Made by a program: the position numbers and the translations under genes. Below the pieces are notes generated by a model that worked only from the letters and a program-made list of their open reading frames with translations, had not been told where the DNA came from and searched no databases. DNA of 64,000 nucleotides. Source: an uncultured delta proteobacterium (GTDB lineage: Bacteria > Myxococcota_A > Polyangia > Polyangiales > Polyangiaceae). The stretch is taken from the NCBI GenBank assembly GCA_963850305.1, contig CAWKKR010000008.1, forward strand, positions 832,001 through 896,000, in the 5' to 3' direction. Positions 41,154-51,350 of this stretch are shown here, in pieces. Position 1 is the first letter of the stretch, and the number at the start of each line of letters is the position of its first letter.

Positions 41154-43714
41154 GTCGGCACGCGTTGCACCTCGTGTGTCAGCTCGGATGTCGGCCGGCG
41201 ACGATGGACCACCCGCTTCACGATCTCGACGAACCCGAGATAGGAGGCCGTGGCGACGCCGAGGAAGGCGAAAAACGGGGCCGGGAGCGGCGTGAAGCCA
41301 AGGCGCCCCGCGAAGCCCGTGAACGGCAGAGCCAACGCGATCCCGACGACGGCCACCGTCGCGGTCGAAAGGGCAGCGCTCGGCCGGAAGGAAAACGGGT
41401 TCTTTGCGGTTCGAATGACGAAGATCACGAGCGTCTGCGTGACGAGAGATTCGACGAACCACCCGGTATGGAACAGGGCTTCCGACGCATGAAATAGTTT
41501 GATGAGCACGTAGAAGGTCAAGAAATCGAACACCGAGCTCACGGGTCCGATCCAGAGCATGAATCGCCGAACTTCGTCGATGTCCCAGCGGCGAGGCTTT
41601 CGCACGAAGTCCGGGTCGACGGTGTCCGACGGAATCGTGATCTGCGCAAGGTCGTAGAGAAAATTGTTGAGGAGGATCTGCGTCGGGAGCATCGGCAGGA
41701 ACGGCAACAGGGCCGATGCTCCCGCCATGCTGAACACGTTCCCGAAGTTCGAGCTCGTCCCCATGAGCAGGTACTTCATGACGTTCCCGAACGCCTTGCG
41801 CCCCTCGACGATACCGGTGAAGAGAACCTTCAATCCCGGCTCGAGCAGAATGATGTCTGCAGCGTCCCTGGCGACGTCGACCGCGGTCGACACCGAGATG
41901 CCGACGTCGGCCGCATGTAACGACGGCGCGTCGTTGATTCCGTCGCCGAGGAACCCGACGACGTGCCCCCGCGTTCGGAGGGCACGCAGGATGCGACTCT
42001 TCTGCGCCGGGGAGACACGCGCAAAGACGTGAGCACGCTCCGCCGCATACCCGAGCGCCGGATCGCTCATCTTCTCGATATCGCTTCCGAGGAGAGCGTA
42101 CTGCGTCGGCAGCCCGACGCGTTCGGAGACGTGCAGCGCGACCAGCTCGCTGTCGCCTGTCAGCATCTTGACATCGACGCCGGCGGACCGAAGCGACGCG
42201 AGTGCTTCTCTCGCGTCATCTCGCGGAGGATCCGTGAAGGCCAGGTGGCCCGCAAGGACGAGGTCGTGTTCGTCGTTCTTGGTGTACGCGGAACGCGGTT
42301 CGAGCTTCGAGTACGCGACGGCGAGGACCCGGTACCCGTCCGAGCACGAGCGCTCGAACGCCTCGGTGAAGCGACGTCGTGTCTCGTCATCGAGAACGCG
42401 GACCTTGCCTCCGACTTCGCAGGTCGTGCAAACGGAAAGGACATGCTCCGGCGCGCCCTTGGTGACGAGGAGCGTTTCTCCGCCTCGTCTCGCCACGACG
42501 CTGACGCGGCGCCGTTCGAAGTCGAACGGTACTTCGTCCACCTTGCTGAACCCGGAGATGTCCGGGTGCTCGTGTTTGAGCACGGCCGAATCGAGGGGAT
42601 CGAGCCGAGCTCTGCGCAGGACCGCTTCGTCGACCGGATTGTCGACGCCGCTCTGGAAATAACTGTTCACGTAGCCGAGTAGCAGGGGACGTTCGGACGG
42701 TGCTCCGAGTGGATCGACCCACTGCTCGAGCGTCATCTCTGCGGTCGTGAGGGTGCCGGTCTTGTCCGCGCAGAGAAGATCCATGCTACCGAGATTCTGG
42801 ATGGCGGCGATGTTCTTCACGATGACGTTTTCGCGCGCCATGCGCTGCGCGCCCTTCGTCAAGGTCACGGTCGTGATCATCGGCAAGAATTCCGGAGTAA
42901 GACCCACGGCCAGGGCCACGCCGAACAGCAGCGATTGGAGCGGGTTTCGGTGGAGAGCCGCGTTCACCAGAAACACGAACAGAACGAGGAAGACGACCGT
43001 CTTCAACACGAAGACGCCGAATCGAACGATTCCGCGCTCGAACTCCGAAACGGGCGGGCGAGCGGCGAGCGCGCGGGCGATGCCTCCGAAAGCCGTGCGG
43101 GAGCCGGTGAGCGTCACGGTCGCCACCGCCCGACCGCTCACGACCGACGAACCCATCAGAACGCCGGCTCCGGACTCTTTCTCGACGGGGAGGGATTCAC
43201 CCGTCAGAGCCGCCTCGTTGAGATGCAGATCCCGGGCGTCGAGCACGGTTGCGTCCGCGGGAACCATGTCCCCCGCTTCGAGCCGGATCACGTCGCCCGG
43301 GACGATGAGCCGCCGCGGTAGTTCTTTCCACGCGCCGCTACGAAGCGCCGCGGCGGTCTGGGTCACGCGCGCTTTTAGCGCTTCCGCCGCCCGTTCGGAG
43401 CGCCGCGTCTGAGCAAACTCGACGGCCACGCTCAACGCCACGATGACGAACACGATCGTTGCGTTGGCGACGTCGCCCAGGGCCGCTGAAGCCCCGCTGG
43501 CGATGAGCAGGATGATGACCAGTGGGTTCGCGAAACGAGCGACCGCTTGCCGCAGGAGGGTGTTCTTCTTGGCGACGAAGGGCTCGTTCGGCCCGATGCG
43601 GTCGAGAAGCGCTGCGGCTTCGTCCTCGGTGAGGCCGCCCGACCCCCGCAGGCCGGGAGGCAGGCATGCATCGGCGCCACCTTCCTTCCAGGAGGCAGTC
43701 GTCGCGTTCGACAT
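41150..43714 (-). CDS. mgtA: Mg2+-translocating P-type ATPase (type IIIB)
   Basis: LTPEFLPMI, DKTGTLT, PFDFERRR, SSNFGNVFS, NFLYD and GWFVESL; exact start uncertain. Confidence 0.93.
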   Translation of the reverse strand: MSNATTASWKEGGADACLPPGLRGSGGLTEDEAAALLDRIGPNEPFVAKKNTLLRQAVARFANPLVIILLIASGASAALGDVANATIVFVIVALSVAVEFAQTRRSERAAEALKARVTQTAAALRSGAWKELPRRLIVPGDVIRLEAGDMVPADATVLDARDLHLNEAALTGESLPVEKESGAGVLMGSSVVSGRAVATVTLTGSRTAFGGIARALAARPPVSEFERGIVRFGVFVLKTVVFLVLFVFLVNAALHRNPLQSLLFGVALAVGLTPEFLPMITTVTLTKGAQRMARENVIVKNIAAIQNLGSMDLLCADKTGTLTTAEMTLEQWVDPLGAPSERPLLLGYVNSYFQSGVDNPVDEAVLRRARLDPLDSAVLKHEHPDISGFSKVDEVPFDFERRRVSVVARRGGETLLVTKGAPEHVLSVCTTCEVGGKVRVLDDETRRRFTEAFERSCSDGYRVLAVAYSKLEPRSAYTKNDEHDLVLAGHLAFTDPPRDDAREALASLRSAGVDVKMLTGDSELVALHVSERVGLPTQYALLGSDIEKMSDPALGYAAERAHVFARVSPAQKSRILRALRTRGHVVGFLGDGINDAPSLHAADVGISVSTAVDVARDAADIILLEPGLKVLFTGIVEGRKAFGNVMKYLLMGTSSNFGNVFSMAGASALLPFLPMLPTQILLNNFLYDLAQITIPSDTVDPDFVRKPRRWDIDEVRRFMLWIGPVSSVFDFLTFYVLIKLFHASEALFHTGWFVESLVTQTLVIFVIRTAKNPFSFRPSAALSTATVAVVGIALALPFTGFAGRLGFTPLPAPFFAFLGVATASYLGFVEIVKRVVHRRRPTSELTHEVQRVPT

Positions 43715-43726
43715 CAGCCGGCAGAT

Positions 43727-43742
43727 AGCACCGGGCATGCCA
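43727..43742 (-). promoter_or_regulatory. sigma-54 promoter of the mgtA operon
   Basis: TGGCATGCCCGGTGCT. Confidence 0.6.
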
Positions 43743-43828
43743 CCCGCGCTTCTCGCGCTTCACCCTGGGTAAGAACCCGCGGCATGGACTGACCGGGAGA
43801 CGCGGAAGTCAGGACGCTTCGCAACGGT

Positions 43829-44230
43829 TCAACCGTCTTCCGGCGCCTGGATGGGACCCTCCGCGGCCTCCGCCTCCCCACTCGATGAAACGCCCATCGC
43901 GGCGGCCGAGTAGGCGCCGATCCGTGCGGGCGGGTGGACGAGGTTCGGCGCGCCGATGTCTCCGCCCGAAATGCCGAGCTCTGCGTCCAGGCGCCTGCGG
44001 GTGGCTTCTTCCTCTTCGTCGGTTCGCTGGAGAGCCAGCGCCCCGAGGGCGCCGACAGCGCCGCCCACGACGGCTCCGGCGACCATGCCCGGGGGCCCCG
44101 CGAGTGCGCCGGCAATTCCGCCGGCTGCGGCTCCCGCGACGGCGCCGATCGCCTCGTGCTCTCGGGTGCGTCTAGCCAGATCGTCCTGCGCCGTCTCCGT
44201 CGATCGCCTCGCGTTCTTCTTGCGTTTCAT
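43829..44230 (-). CDS. Small glycine-zipper protein
   Basis: MKRKKN..GAVAGAAAGG.AG..GPPG..AGAVVGG..LDAELG; GGAGG RBS. Confidence 0.75.
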   Translation of the reverse strand: MKRKKNARRSTETAQDDLARRTREHEAIGAVAGAAAGGIAGALAGPPGMVAGAVVGGAVGALGALALQRTDEEEEATRRRLDAELGISGGDIGAPNLVHPPARIGAYSAAAMGVSSSGEAEAAEGPIQAPEDG

Positions 44231-44278
44231 CGTTGCCTCCTGCGCGTCGTTGGTTTGGGACGCACAGGCAAGACAGAG

Positions 44279-44294
44279 AGCAACGATTGTGCCC
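44279..44294 (-). promoter_or_regulatory. sigma-54 promoter; upstream palindromes at 44404-44416 and 44423-44435
   Basis: GGGCACAATCGTTGCT. Confidence 0.7.
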
Positions 44295-44466
44295 GGCGCG
44301 ACTCGTTGCCGAATCGGCAGGCTCGTCCCGATGGAGGCGCCGTCGCCGCCGGATGCCGCGGCGGCCGCGCATTGCGTCAGGGCCATAGACGAATGCCCGG
44401 CAGTGCAGCGTTTGCGGCGGTGCGCGTGTATTGCGCGATCCGCGAAGCCCTTGCATCGCACGTCGT

Positions 44467-46935
44467 TCATTGCTTTCCGGGGGGCCACAGGAGCGACTGG
44501 TGAACGCGCGCGAGGTGCCTCGCCTGGGGCGCGTGCTCGAGCTTTATCAGCCGATACACACCGATCTTCACTGCGCTGTTCAGCAACAGCCACAGAATGG
44601 CGTACGCCCAGACCGCGAGCGCGTACGTCCATCCGATGGGCGCCACGAACCAGCCGTACACCGCGGCGAGCGATCCGATGGCCTGCGTGGTCTCCGCAGC
44701 CACCACGAGCTTCCAGCTGGGCCAGGGCTTCTGCCACAAAGGTCCCGTGTTTCGCGTCAGGTAGATCGTCATGTGACCAGCGACGAGGAGCTTCAGGAAC
44801 ACGACGGTGCGCACCATGTCGCGCGGAAGATGGAGGTAGTCTCGCGCGAACCAGAAGGCGCCGAACGACGACACGACGCCGAGTACACCGAGCACGCTGC
44901 TCATGGTGAGGACGCGCTGCATGTCCCACCGCACCGGGCGCGGCGCGACGGGCGCGTTGTCGTACGCGATCATCATGATCGGAAAGTCGTTCAAGATCGC
45001 GAGCAGCACGATCATCACCGCGGTCACGGGATAAAAGTCGAAGACCAGGATCGACAGCGTCATGAAGAGGAGCACGCGGATCGTCTCCGCGATGCGGTAA
45101 ATCGCGTAGCTCGTCATGCGCTCGAAGATGCGGCGCGCTTCTTCGACCGCGCTCACGATGACCGACAGACCCGACGCCGTCAGTACGACGTCCGCCGCGG
45201 CCCGCGCCGCGTCGGTGGCGCCGCTCACGGCGACGCCGACGTCGGCTTGCTTGAGAGCTGGGGCGTCGTTCACGCCATCGCCCGTCATTCCGACGATGTG
45301 CCCCCGCTTCTGCAGCTCCGCCACGATCGCGAACTTGTGCTCGGGGAAGACCTGGGCAAACCCGTCGGCGCGTTCGATCGCCTCGGACGTTTTCGCCGCG
45401 TCGCGGCCGTCGAAGATGTCCTGCGCGACGGCGATGTTCGCGCCTAAGTGGAGCTGCTTCGCTGTCTCGCGGGCGATGGCGACGTGATCGCCGGTCACCA
45501 TGCGGATCTGGAGCCCGACCCGGCGGGCCGCGTCGATCATCGCCGCCGCGTCGTCTCGTGGCGGATCGAAGAGCGGTAACAGACCGAGCAACTCGTACCC
45601 TCGACCGCAATCGCGTGCGACGCCGAGTACCCGGTAACCCGATTCCGCGAACTCGTCCACGCGCGACGAGACGTGCGCGCGCAGGTCCCCGTCGGCCTGG
45701 ACCAGGTCGAGGATCTCCTGGGGTGCGCCCTTGCTGACCCGCCACCGCTCGTGGCCGCGCTCGACTTCAGCGTCGGCGCGCTTCCTCACCGGGTCGAACG
45801 GCTCGAAGTGAACGAGGTGGAACTCTGCGACCTCCGCCGGGTTCGCGCGGGCGCAAATCGCCGTGTCGATCGCGTCGCCGTCGTGCTCGGTGGAACCGAG
45901 GGCAGCCGCAAGGACGAGGTCCTCCGTGCTGCTCGCACCGAACAGCACCGGATCGCCGAGCGTGAGCAGATTTTTCGTGAGCGTGCCCGTCTTGTCGCTG
46001 CAGAGCACGTCCATGCCGGCCATCTCTTCGATGGAGACGAGGCGCGACACGATGGCCTTCATCTTCGCGAGCTTCGACGCGCCGGCGGCCATGGTGATCG
46101 ACAGGACCGCCGGGAGCGCGACGGGGATCGCTGCAACGGTCAGGATGAGCGCGAACAGGAGGGTCTCGACGAGCGGGGCATGGCGGAAGAGTGCGACCGA
46201 GAGAATGAGCAAGACGAGTGCGCCCGTTACCCCGATGAGGAAGTTGCCGATCCGGAGCACCGCCTTCTGGAAGTGCGATTGAGTCTCGGCGGTCTCGACG
46301 AGCTTCGCGGTCTTGCCGAAGTACGTATCCATACCGGTGCCCGTGACGAGTCCGTTCATCTCGCCCATTCGAACGACGGAACCGGAATAGACGTCGCCGC
46401 CTGCCTGCCGATCGACGGGCAGCGACTCACCCGTGAGCGCGGACTGGTCGACGCTGAGAAACCCGTTCCCGAAGAGCCGCATGTCCGCCGGGACGATGTT
46501 CCCGAGCCGCACCCGGACCACGTCTCCGGGGACAATCTCGGCGGCGTCAATGTCGTGCCATTCGCCGTCACGGAGCACGCAGGCACGCAAGGCGAGCCGC
46601 GCCTTGAGCGCAGAGATGGCCGTGTCGGCCTTGAACTCTTCCCAGAAGCCCACGCCCGCGTTGATGACGAGCATCGAGCCGATGATGATCAAGTCTTCCC
46701 AGTGACGCGCGAACGCGGACAGGACGGCGGCGCACTCGATCATCCAGGGAATGGGGCCCCAGAAGAACACGAACAACCGCCTGGCGATCGAGGTGTGCTC
46801 CTCGGCGAGCGCATTCGGACCGAACTTCTCGCGGCGCCGTCCGGCTTCTTCGGTGGAGAGTCCGGCGGCCGTATCGATTTCAGGAGGCGGCGGGCTCCGT
46901 GCTCCTTCCTGCGAGGGCTCGACGGCAGTCGTCAT
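44467..46935 (-). CDS. Plasma-membrane proton-efflux P-type ATPase (type IIIA)
   Basis: FWGPIPWMIE, IPVALP.V, DKTGTLT, FDPV.KR, RIFERM.SY..YRI and AILND. Confidence 0.93.
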   Translation of the reverse strand: MTTAVEPSQEGARSPPPPEIDTAAGLSTEEAGRRREKFGPNALAEEHTSIARRLFVFFWGPIPWMIECAAVLSAFARHWEDLIIIGSMLVINAGVGFWEEFKADTAISALKARLALRACVLRDGEWHDIDAAEIVPGDVVRVRLGNIVPADMRLFGNGFLSVDQSALTGESLPVDRQAGGDVYSGSVVRMGEMNGLVTGTGMDTYFGKTAKLVETAETQSHFQKAVLRIGNFLIGVTGALVLLILSVALFRHAPLVETLLFALILTVAAIPVALPAVLSITMAAGASKLAKMKAIVSRLVSIEEMAGMDVLCSDKTGTLTKNLLTLGDPVLFGASSTEDLVLAAALGSTEHDGDAIDTAICARANPAEVAEFHLVHFEPFDPVRKRADAEVERGHERWRVSKGAPQEILDLVQADGDLRAHVSSRVDEFAESGYRVLGVARDCGRGYELLGLLPLFDPPRDDAAAMIDAARRVGLQIRMVTGDHVAIARETAKQLHLGANIAVAQDIFDGRDAAKTSEAIERADGFAQVFPEHKFAIVAELQKRGHIVGMTGDGVNDAPALKQADVGVAVSGATDAARAAADVVLTASGLSVIVSAVEEARRIFERMTSYAIYRIAETIRVLLFMTLSILVFDFYPVTAVMIVLLAILNDFPIMMIAYDNAPVAPRPVRWDMQRVLTMSSVLGVLGVVSSFGAFWFARDYLHLPRDMVRTVVFLKLLVAGHMTIYLTRNTGPLWQKPWPSWKLVVAAETTQAIGSLAAVYGWFVAPIGWTYALAVWAYAILWLLLNSAVKIGVYRLIKLEHAPQARHLARVHQSLLWPPGKQ

Positions 46936-47001
46936 GCGCCCTCTGGAAGTGGCGGATCTTTGGGGAGCAGAGCGGCCATCCGAGGTTCTCCGCTCCGGCT
47001 T

Positions 47002-48231
47002 TCACTCGTACCGGAGCGCGTCGATTGGATCGAGCCGCGCTGCCTTGCGCGCCGGGTACAGGCCGAACAGAATGCCCACCATCGCGCTGAACCCGAACGC
47101 GAGTAGTGCCGTCTCGGGCCGCGCCGAAAACTGCCAGCCAAACCGTGAGGCGACCACCTTGGCGGCCAGAAGCCCACTGCCGACGCCCAGTGCGCCGCCA
47201 GCCATCGACAAGGTCACGGCTTCGATCATGAACTGAGCGAGGACGTGCCACGGCTTCGCCCCCACGGCCATCCGGAGACCGATCTCGCGAGTGCGCTCGG
47301 TGACGCTCACGAGCATGATGTTCATGATTCCGATCCCACCCACGACGAGCGAGACGACGGCGATCGCGGCGAGAAGCCCGGTCAACGCGTTGGTGCCCTG
47401 CTGTTGCGCTCCCGCAATTTCCGTCAGATTGCGAACCGAAAAGTCGTCCTCCGTCGCTGACGCCAGGTGGTGCCGATCTCGGAGCACGCCGGCGATTTCC
47501 AGCTCGGCTCGCCTCGTGTCAGCGCTCGAAATCGCGCTCACCATGATGACGCCGGCAATGTAGTTTTGCAGACCACCCTGGATCTTCGTTTGAAACGACG
47601 AGATCGGAATCAATGCGGTGTCGTCGTAGTCGGTGCCCATCGGCGACTGTCCTTTTTGCTCGAGGACTCCGACCACCTGGAATGGTACCGAGCGGAGCCG
47701 CACCGTCCGTCCCACCGAATCGACACCGGGTCCGAAGAGCTTGTCCGAAGCCGTCTGGCCGAGCACGACAATCTTCGCGTTCGACGCGACGTCCTCGTCG
47801 GCAAAGAGCGCCCCTCGCGACACCTTCCAAGCGCGAACGTCGAAGTAGTCCCGGGTCGTACCGGCCACGTTCGTCGTCCAGTTCGCGTCGTCCCCCACGA
47901 TGGTGACTCGTGTGCTCATCACCGGCGCCGCGATATGGACCGCCGGTGCTTGAGTTTGAATCGCGTGCAGGTCGCCCCAGGTGAGCGTCGGCATCGAGCC
48001 GAACCCGCCCATCACGCCGCCCGACGACGTGGAGCCGGACAGCACGATGAGCATGTTCGTGCCCATCGCTGCAAAGACGCTCTCGACACGCTTCTTTGCT
48101 CCTTCGCCGACCGCGACCATCGAGATGACCGACGCGACGCCGATGACCACCCCGAGGGTGGTCAAGAGCGATCGGGTCTTATTCCGGAGCAGGGCCCGCG
48201 CCGCGAGCGGAATCGTCTGAACGATGTTCAC
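47002..48231 (-). CDS. MacB/FtsX-like ABC permease
   Basis: RNKTRSLLT.LG..IG, GIGIMNIMLVSVTERTREIG and DPIDALRYE; GTG start coupled to the upstream stop. Confidence 0.93.
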   Translation of the reverse strand: MNIVQTIPLAARALLRNKTRSLLTTLGVVIGVASVISMVAVGEGAKKRVESVFAAMGTNMLIVLSGSTSSGGVMGGFGSMPTLTWGDLHAIQTQAPAVHIAAPVMSTRVTIVGDDANWTTNVAGTTRDYFDVRAWKVSRGALFADEDVASNAKIVVLGQTASDKLFGPGVDSVGRTVRLRSVPFQVVGVLEQKGQSPMGTDYDDTALIPISSFQTKIQGGLQNYIAGVIMVSAISSADTRRAELEIAGVLRDRHHLASATEDDFSVRNLTEIAGAQQQGTNALTGLLAAIAVVSLVVGGIGIMNIMLVSVTERTREIGLRMAVGAKPWHVLAQFMIEAVTLSMAGGALGVGSGLLAAKVVASRFGWQFSARPETALLAFGFSAMVGILFGLYPARKAARLDPIDALRYE

Positions 48232-48956
48232 GCAGCCCTCGGCAGATCGTCCTGAGCCATTCGAGCCGTCTGAGGAAGATCGCTCAGAACGCGGCCGTCG
48301 CGCAGCACGACGACGCGCGAAGCGTACCGGGCCACGTCCGGCTCGTGGGTCACGAAGACGATGGTGAGCCCGGCCTTCCAGAGTTCCTGGAAGAGCGCCA
48401 TGACCTCCGCGCTCGTCCGAGAATCGAGATTCCCCGTCGGCTCGTCGGCAAGAAGGAGCTTGGGATCGTTCACGATGGCACGAGCGATCGCCACCCGTTG
48501 TTGCTGACCGCCCGAGAGCTGCGAAGGATGGTGCTCGAGCCGTCCGCCGAGGCCGACGCGACCGAGCGCGACCCGAGATCGACGCAAACGCTCCTTGCGC
48601 GGCACCCCCGCATACACGAGCGGCAGCTCGACATTCTCGACCGCGCTGGTCCTCGGTAGCAGATTGAAACTCTGAAACACGAACCCGAGCAGTCCGTTCC
48701 TGATCTCTGCGAGCTCGTTCCGGCTCATTCCCGACACCTCGCGTCCGTCGAGCAGGTAGCGACCGGTCGTCGGCCGATCGAGGCAACCGATGATGTTCAT
48801 CAGCGTGGACTTTCCCGAGCCGGACGACCCCATGACCGCGATGAACTCCCCGCGTCGAACGGAGAGGCTCACGTCGTCGAGGGCGCGTAATTCCTCTGCG
48901 CCGAACAGGTAACGCTTCACGAGATGTTCGGCCGTGATGACGGTATCTTGCGGCAT
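48228..48956 (-). CDS. MacB/LolD-like ABC ATP-binding protein
   Basis: GSSGSGKST, LSGGQQQRVAIARA and ADEPTGNLD. Confidence 0.95.
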   Translation of the reverse strand: MPQDTVITAEHLVKRYLFGAEELRALDDVSLSVRRGEFIAVMGSSGSGKSTLMNIIGCLDRPTTGRYLLDGREVSGMSRNELAEIRNGLLGFVFQSFNLLPRTSAVENVELPLVYAGVPRKERLRRSRVALGRVGLGGRLEHHPSQLSGGQQQRVAIARAIVNDPKLLLADEPTGNLDSRTSAEVMALFQELWKAGLTIVFVTHEPDVARYASRVVVLRDGRVLSDLPQTARMAQDDLPRAA

Positions 48957-48965
48957 CGGTCGGTC

Positions 48966-50216
48966 TCACCTTTTGGCGGCGTCGACGCTGGCTTCGACGA
49001 TCGCGAGGTCGCCAGGACGCACCGCGCCGGTAACCAGCTCGGTCCACGTGCCGTCGCTGATCCCGACGTGCGACAGCACCGGGACGGCCCTTCCCGCGCG
49101 GAGTACCCAGATGACCCGTTCGTCCTGCGCCGACGGCGACGGCGGCGTTTCGGCGGTCATCGCTGCGAGGGTGGCGGCGTCGGGCCGAAATCGGAGAGCT
49201 CCGATGGGCACGCGCGTCACGTCCTGTCTTCGCGCGTGCACGAAGGTGACACTCGCGGTCATCCCGGGTTTCAAGAGTCGCTCTCCGTTGTCGACATCGA
49301 TGACGGCATCGTACGTGACGACGTTCTGAATCGACTGCGCGTTGTCGCGCACCTGGCGCACCGTCCCCGGAAACGCCTGTTGCGGGTAAGCGTCGACGGT
49401 GAAGAGTACGTGCATCCCCGCGCGGATCTTGCCGATGTCTGCTTCGGCCACGTTCGTGTCGACCTGCATGTGGGTAAGGTCTTGCGCGATCGTGAACAGC
49501 GTCGGGGCCTGGAGGGTTGCGGCGACAGTCTGGCCCACGTCGATATTCCTGGAAATCACGACGCCGTCGATGGGCGAGACGATCGTCGTGTACTTGAGGT
49601 TCAGGGTGGCTTGATCGAGCGTCGCACGCGACAGAGCCACGTTCGCATCCGCCGTGAAGAACCGCGAACGCGCTTCCCAGGCGGTTGCTTCCGCGGTGTC
49701 GAAGTCGGCCTCGGCGATGAGCTTCCGCTCTACGAGCGCCTTCGAGCGTTCGTACTGGCGTTCGGAGTTGTTCATGTCGGCCAGCGCGCCTTCTCGAGTC
49801 GCCTTCGCGGCTGCGAAGCTCGCGCGCGCTTGGGCGACGGCCGCACGGAAGAGCGACGGCTCGATCGTCGCGACGACTTGGCCGCGCTTCACCTGCGACT
49901 CGAAGTCGACGCCGATCGAGTCGATGCGACCTGAAACCTGGCTCCCGACACTCACGGTCACGAGAGCCGAAAGCGTTCCGCTCGCCGTCACCTTCGCGGC
50001 GATGGGGCCGTGGTCGACGACGGCGGTTTGATAGTGAACCGGGGGCGGCGTCCGGGACGTTTCCACGCGCCACGCGAGGGCGGAAGCTGCCGCCAGGACC
50101 ATGAAGCCGACGGCTCCAAGCATTCGCTTCAGCGACTTCGATGCCACCCTCGGCCCGGGTACCGCCGCGGATGGCGGGCCGACGACCGTGGACGTCGGAG
50201 GCATTGCTTGGACCAT
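48966..50216 (-). CDS. MacA-like periplasmic adaptor
   Basis: VGSQVSG.I, SPIDGVV, GQTVAA..QAPTLF and LKPGMTA. Confidence 0.92.
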   Translation of the reverse strand: MVQAMPPTSTVVGPPSAAVPGPRVASKSLKRMLGAVGFMVLAAASALAWRVETSRTPPPVHYQTAVVDHGPIAAKVTASGTLSALVTVSVGSQVSGRIDSIGVDFESQVKRGQVVATIEPSLFRAAVAQARASFAAAKATREGALADMNNSERQYERSKALVERKLIAEADFDTAEATAWEARSRFFTADANVALSRATLDQATLNLKYTTIVSPIDGVVISRNIDVGQTVAATLQAPTLFTIAQDLTHMQVDTNVAEADIGKIRAGMHVLFTVDAYPQQAFPGTVRQVRDNAQSIQNVVTYDAVIDVDNGERLLKPGMTASVTFVHARRQDVTRVPIGALRFRPDAATLAAMTAETPPSPSAQDERVIWVLRAGRAVPVLSHVGISDGTWTELVTGAVRPGDLAIVEASVDAAKR

Positions 50217-50228
50217 CGCGAGGAGCTC

Positions 50229-50244
50229 AGCAACTCTCACGCCA
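50229..50244 (-). promoter_or_regulatory. sigma-54 promoter of the macA-macB-H+-ATPase operon
   Basis: TGGCGTGAGAGTTGCT. Confidence 0.7.
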
Positions 50245-50438
50245 TGTCGCAGAAGGCGCGTGGGCCCCGTCGAGCTCCGCTACGGAGTGCACGTCACCGC
50301 CAGGATGCTCGAAGCAGACGGTTCCAAACGACGCCCCGCCGGTGGCGAACACGTTCGCTCGGTCGCAAGTTTTGCACTTCGGCGCAATGACCGCATCCGA
50401 TCGTGATCGAATGGGGCGTATTTGCGTGACCGGATGGC

Positions 50439-50454
50439 TGGCATCCGGCGTGCT
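50439..50454 (+). promoter_or_regulatory. sigma-54 promoter of the CBS pair (divergent); shared palindromes at 50364-50376 and 50383-50395
   Basis: TGGCATCCGGCGTGCT. Confidence 0.65.
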
Positions 50455-50468
50455 TGAGCAAATGTTCC

Positions 50469-50885
50469 ATGTGCAAGGTTGCCGAAATCATGACGCGCAA
50501 GGTGCTGACGGTTGCCGCCGAGGCGGATCTGGAGGACGCCGCCTGGGGGCTCACACTCAAACGGATTTCGGGTGCACCGGTCAAAGACAAGTGGGGCAAC
50601 GTGATCGGCGTGCTGTCGAAATCGGATCTGCTGGATCCAAACGAGCGCGATCTCCGTTCGGACGAGTCCCCGAAGGCTCGCGACGTCATGACGCCGGTGC
50701 TCTTTGCCGCGAGGGAGACGGACCCAGTCGGGTTCGCGGTTCGACGCATGGTTGAAACGGGAGTGCATCGCCTCGTGGTTCTCGACGAGCGGGGAATCCT
50801 GATCGGTGTCGTGACACCGATGGACGTTCTCCGTGGGCTCCTCGAAGGCAAGGTCGACGCGCGTGACTTCAACGGAACAGTCTGA
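50469..50885 (+). CDS. CBS domain protein
   Basis: V.EIMT, ISGAPV.D, GVLS.SDL, VHRL.V.D and GVVT.MD. Confidence 0.88.
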   Translation: MCKVAEIMTRKVLTVAAEADLEDAAWGLTLKRISGAPVKDKWGNVIGVLSKSDLLDPNERDLRSDESPKARDVMTPVLFAARETDPVGFAVRRMVETGVHRLVVLDERGILIGVVTPMDVLRGLLEGKVDARDFNGTV

Positions 50886-50903
50886 ACGACTCAGGAAAAA
50901 AAC

Positions 50904-51314
50904 ATGAAAGCAAGTCCCGTAACCGCCTACATGTCCCGCAATCCACACTCGATCGGACGCCAGCAGACCATGGCGTCGGCCCACGCGATCATGAAGGAGC
51001 ATGGTATCCGGCACTTGCCGGTGCTCGAGGCTGGGCGCGTCGTCGGGCTAGTTTCCGATCGCGACTTGAACCTGATCGAAGCCTTGAAGGACGTCGATCC
51101 CACGAAGGTCTCGGTCGAGGAGGCCATGACCCAAGATCCGTACGTCGTCTCCTCGACGGAACCGCTCGGCGATATCGTCCGCGAAATGGCGACGCACAAG
51201 TACGGCTCGGCAATCGTGGTCGACGGTTCCAAGCTCGTCGGCATGTTCACCACCGTGGACGCATTGAGGGCGTTCGCGGACACGCAGACGTGGGAAGAGC
51301 GGCATTCCTCGTGA
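50904..51314 (+). CDS. CBS domain protein
   Basis: YMS.NP, IRHLPV, GLVSDRD, EAMT and GMFTTVDAL. Confidence 0.92.
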   Translation: MKASPVTAYMSRNPHSIGRQQTMASAHAIMKEHGIRHLPVLEAGRVVGLVSDRDLNLIEALKDVDPTKVSVEEAMTQDPYVVSSTEPLGDIVREMATHKYGSAIVVDGSKLVGMFTTVDALRAFADTQTWEERHSS

Positions 51315-51350
51315 GCTCCTCCGCGCCGGCCACCCAGACGATCTCCGGGG

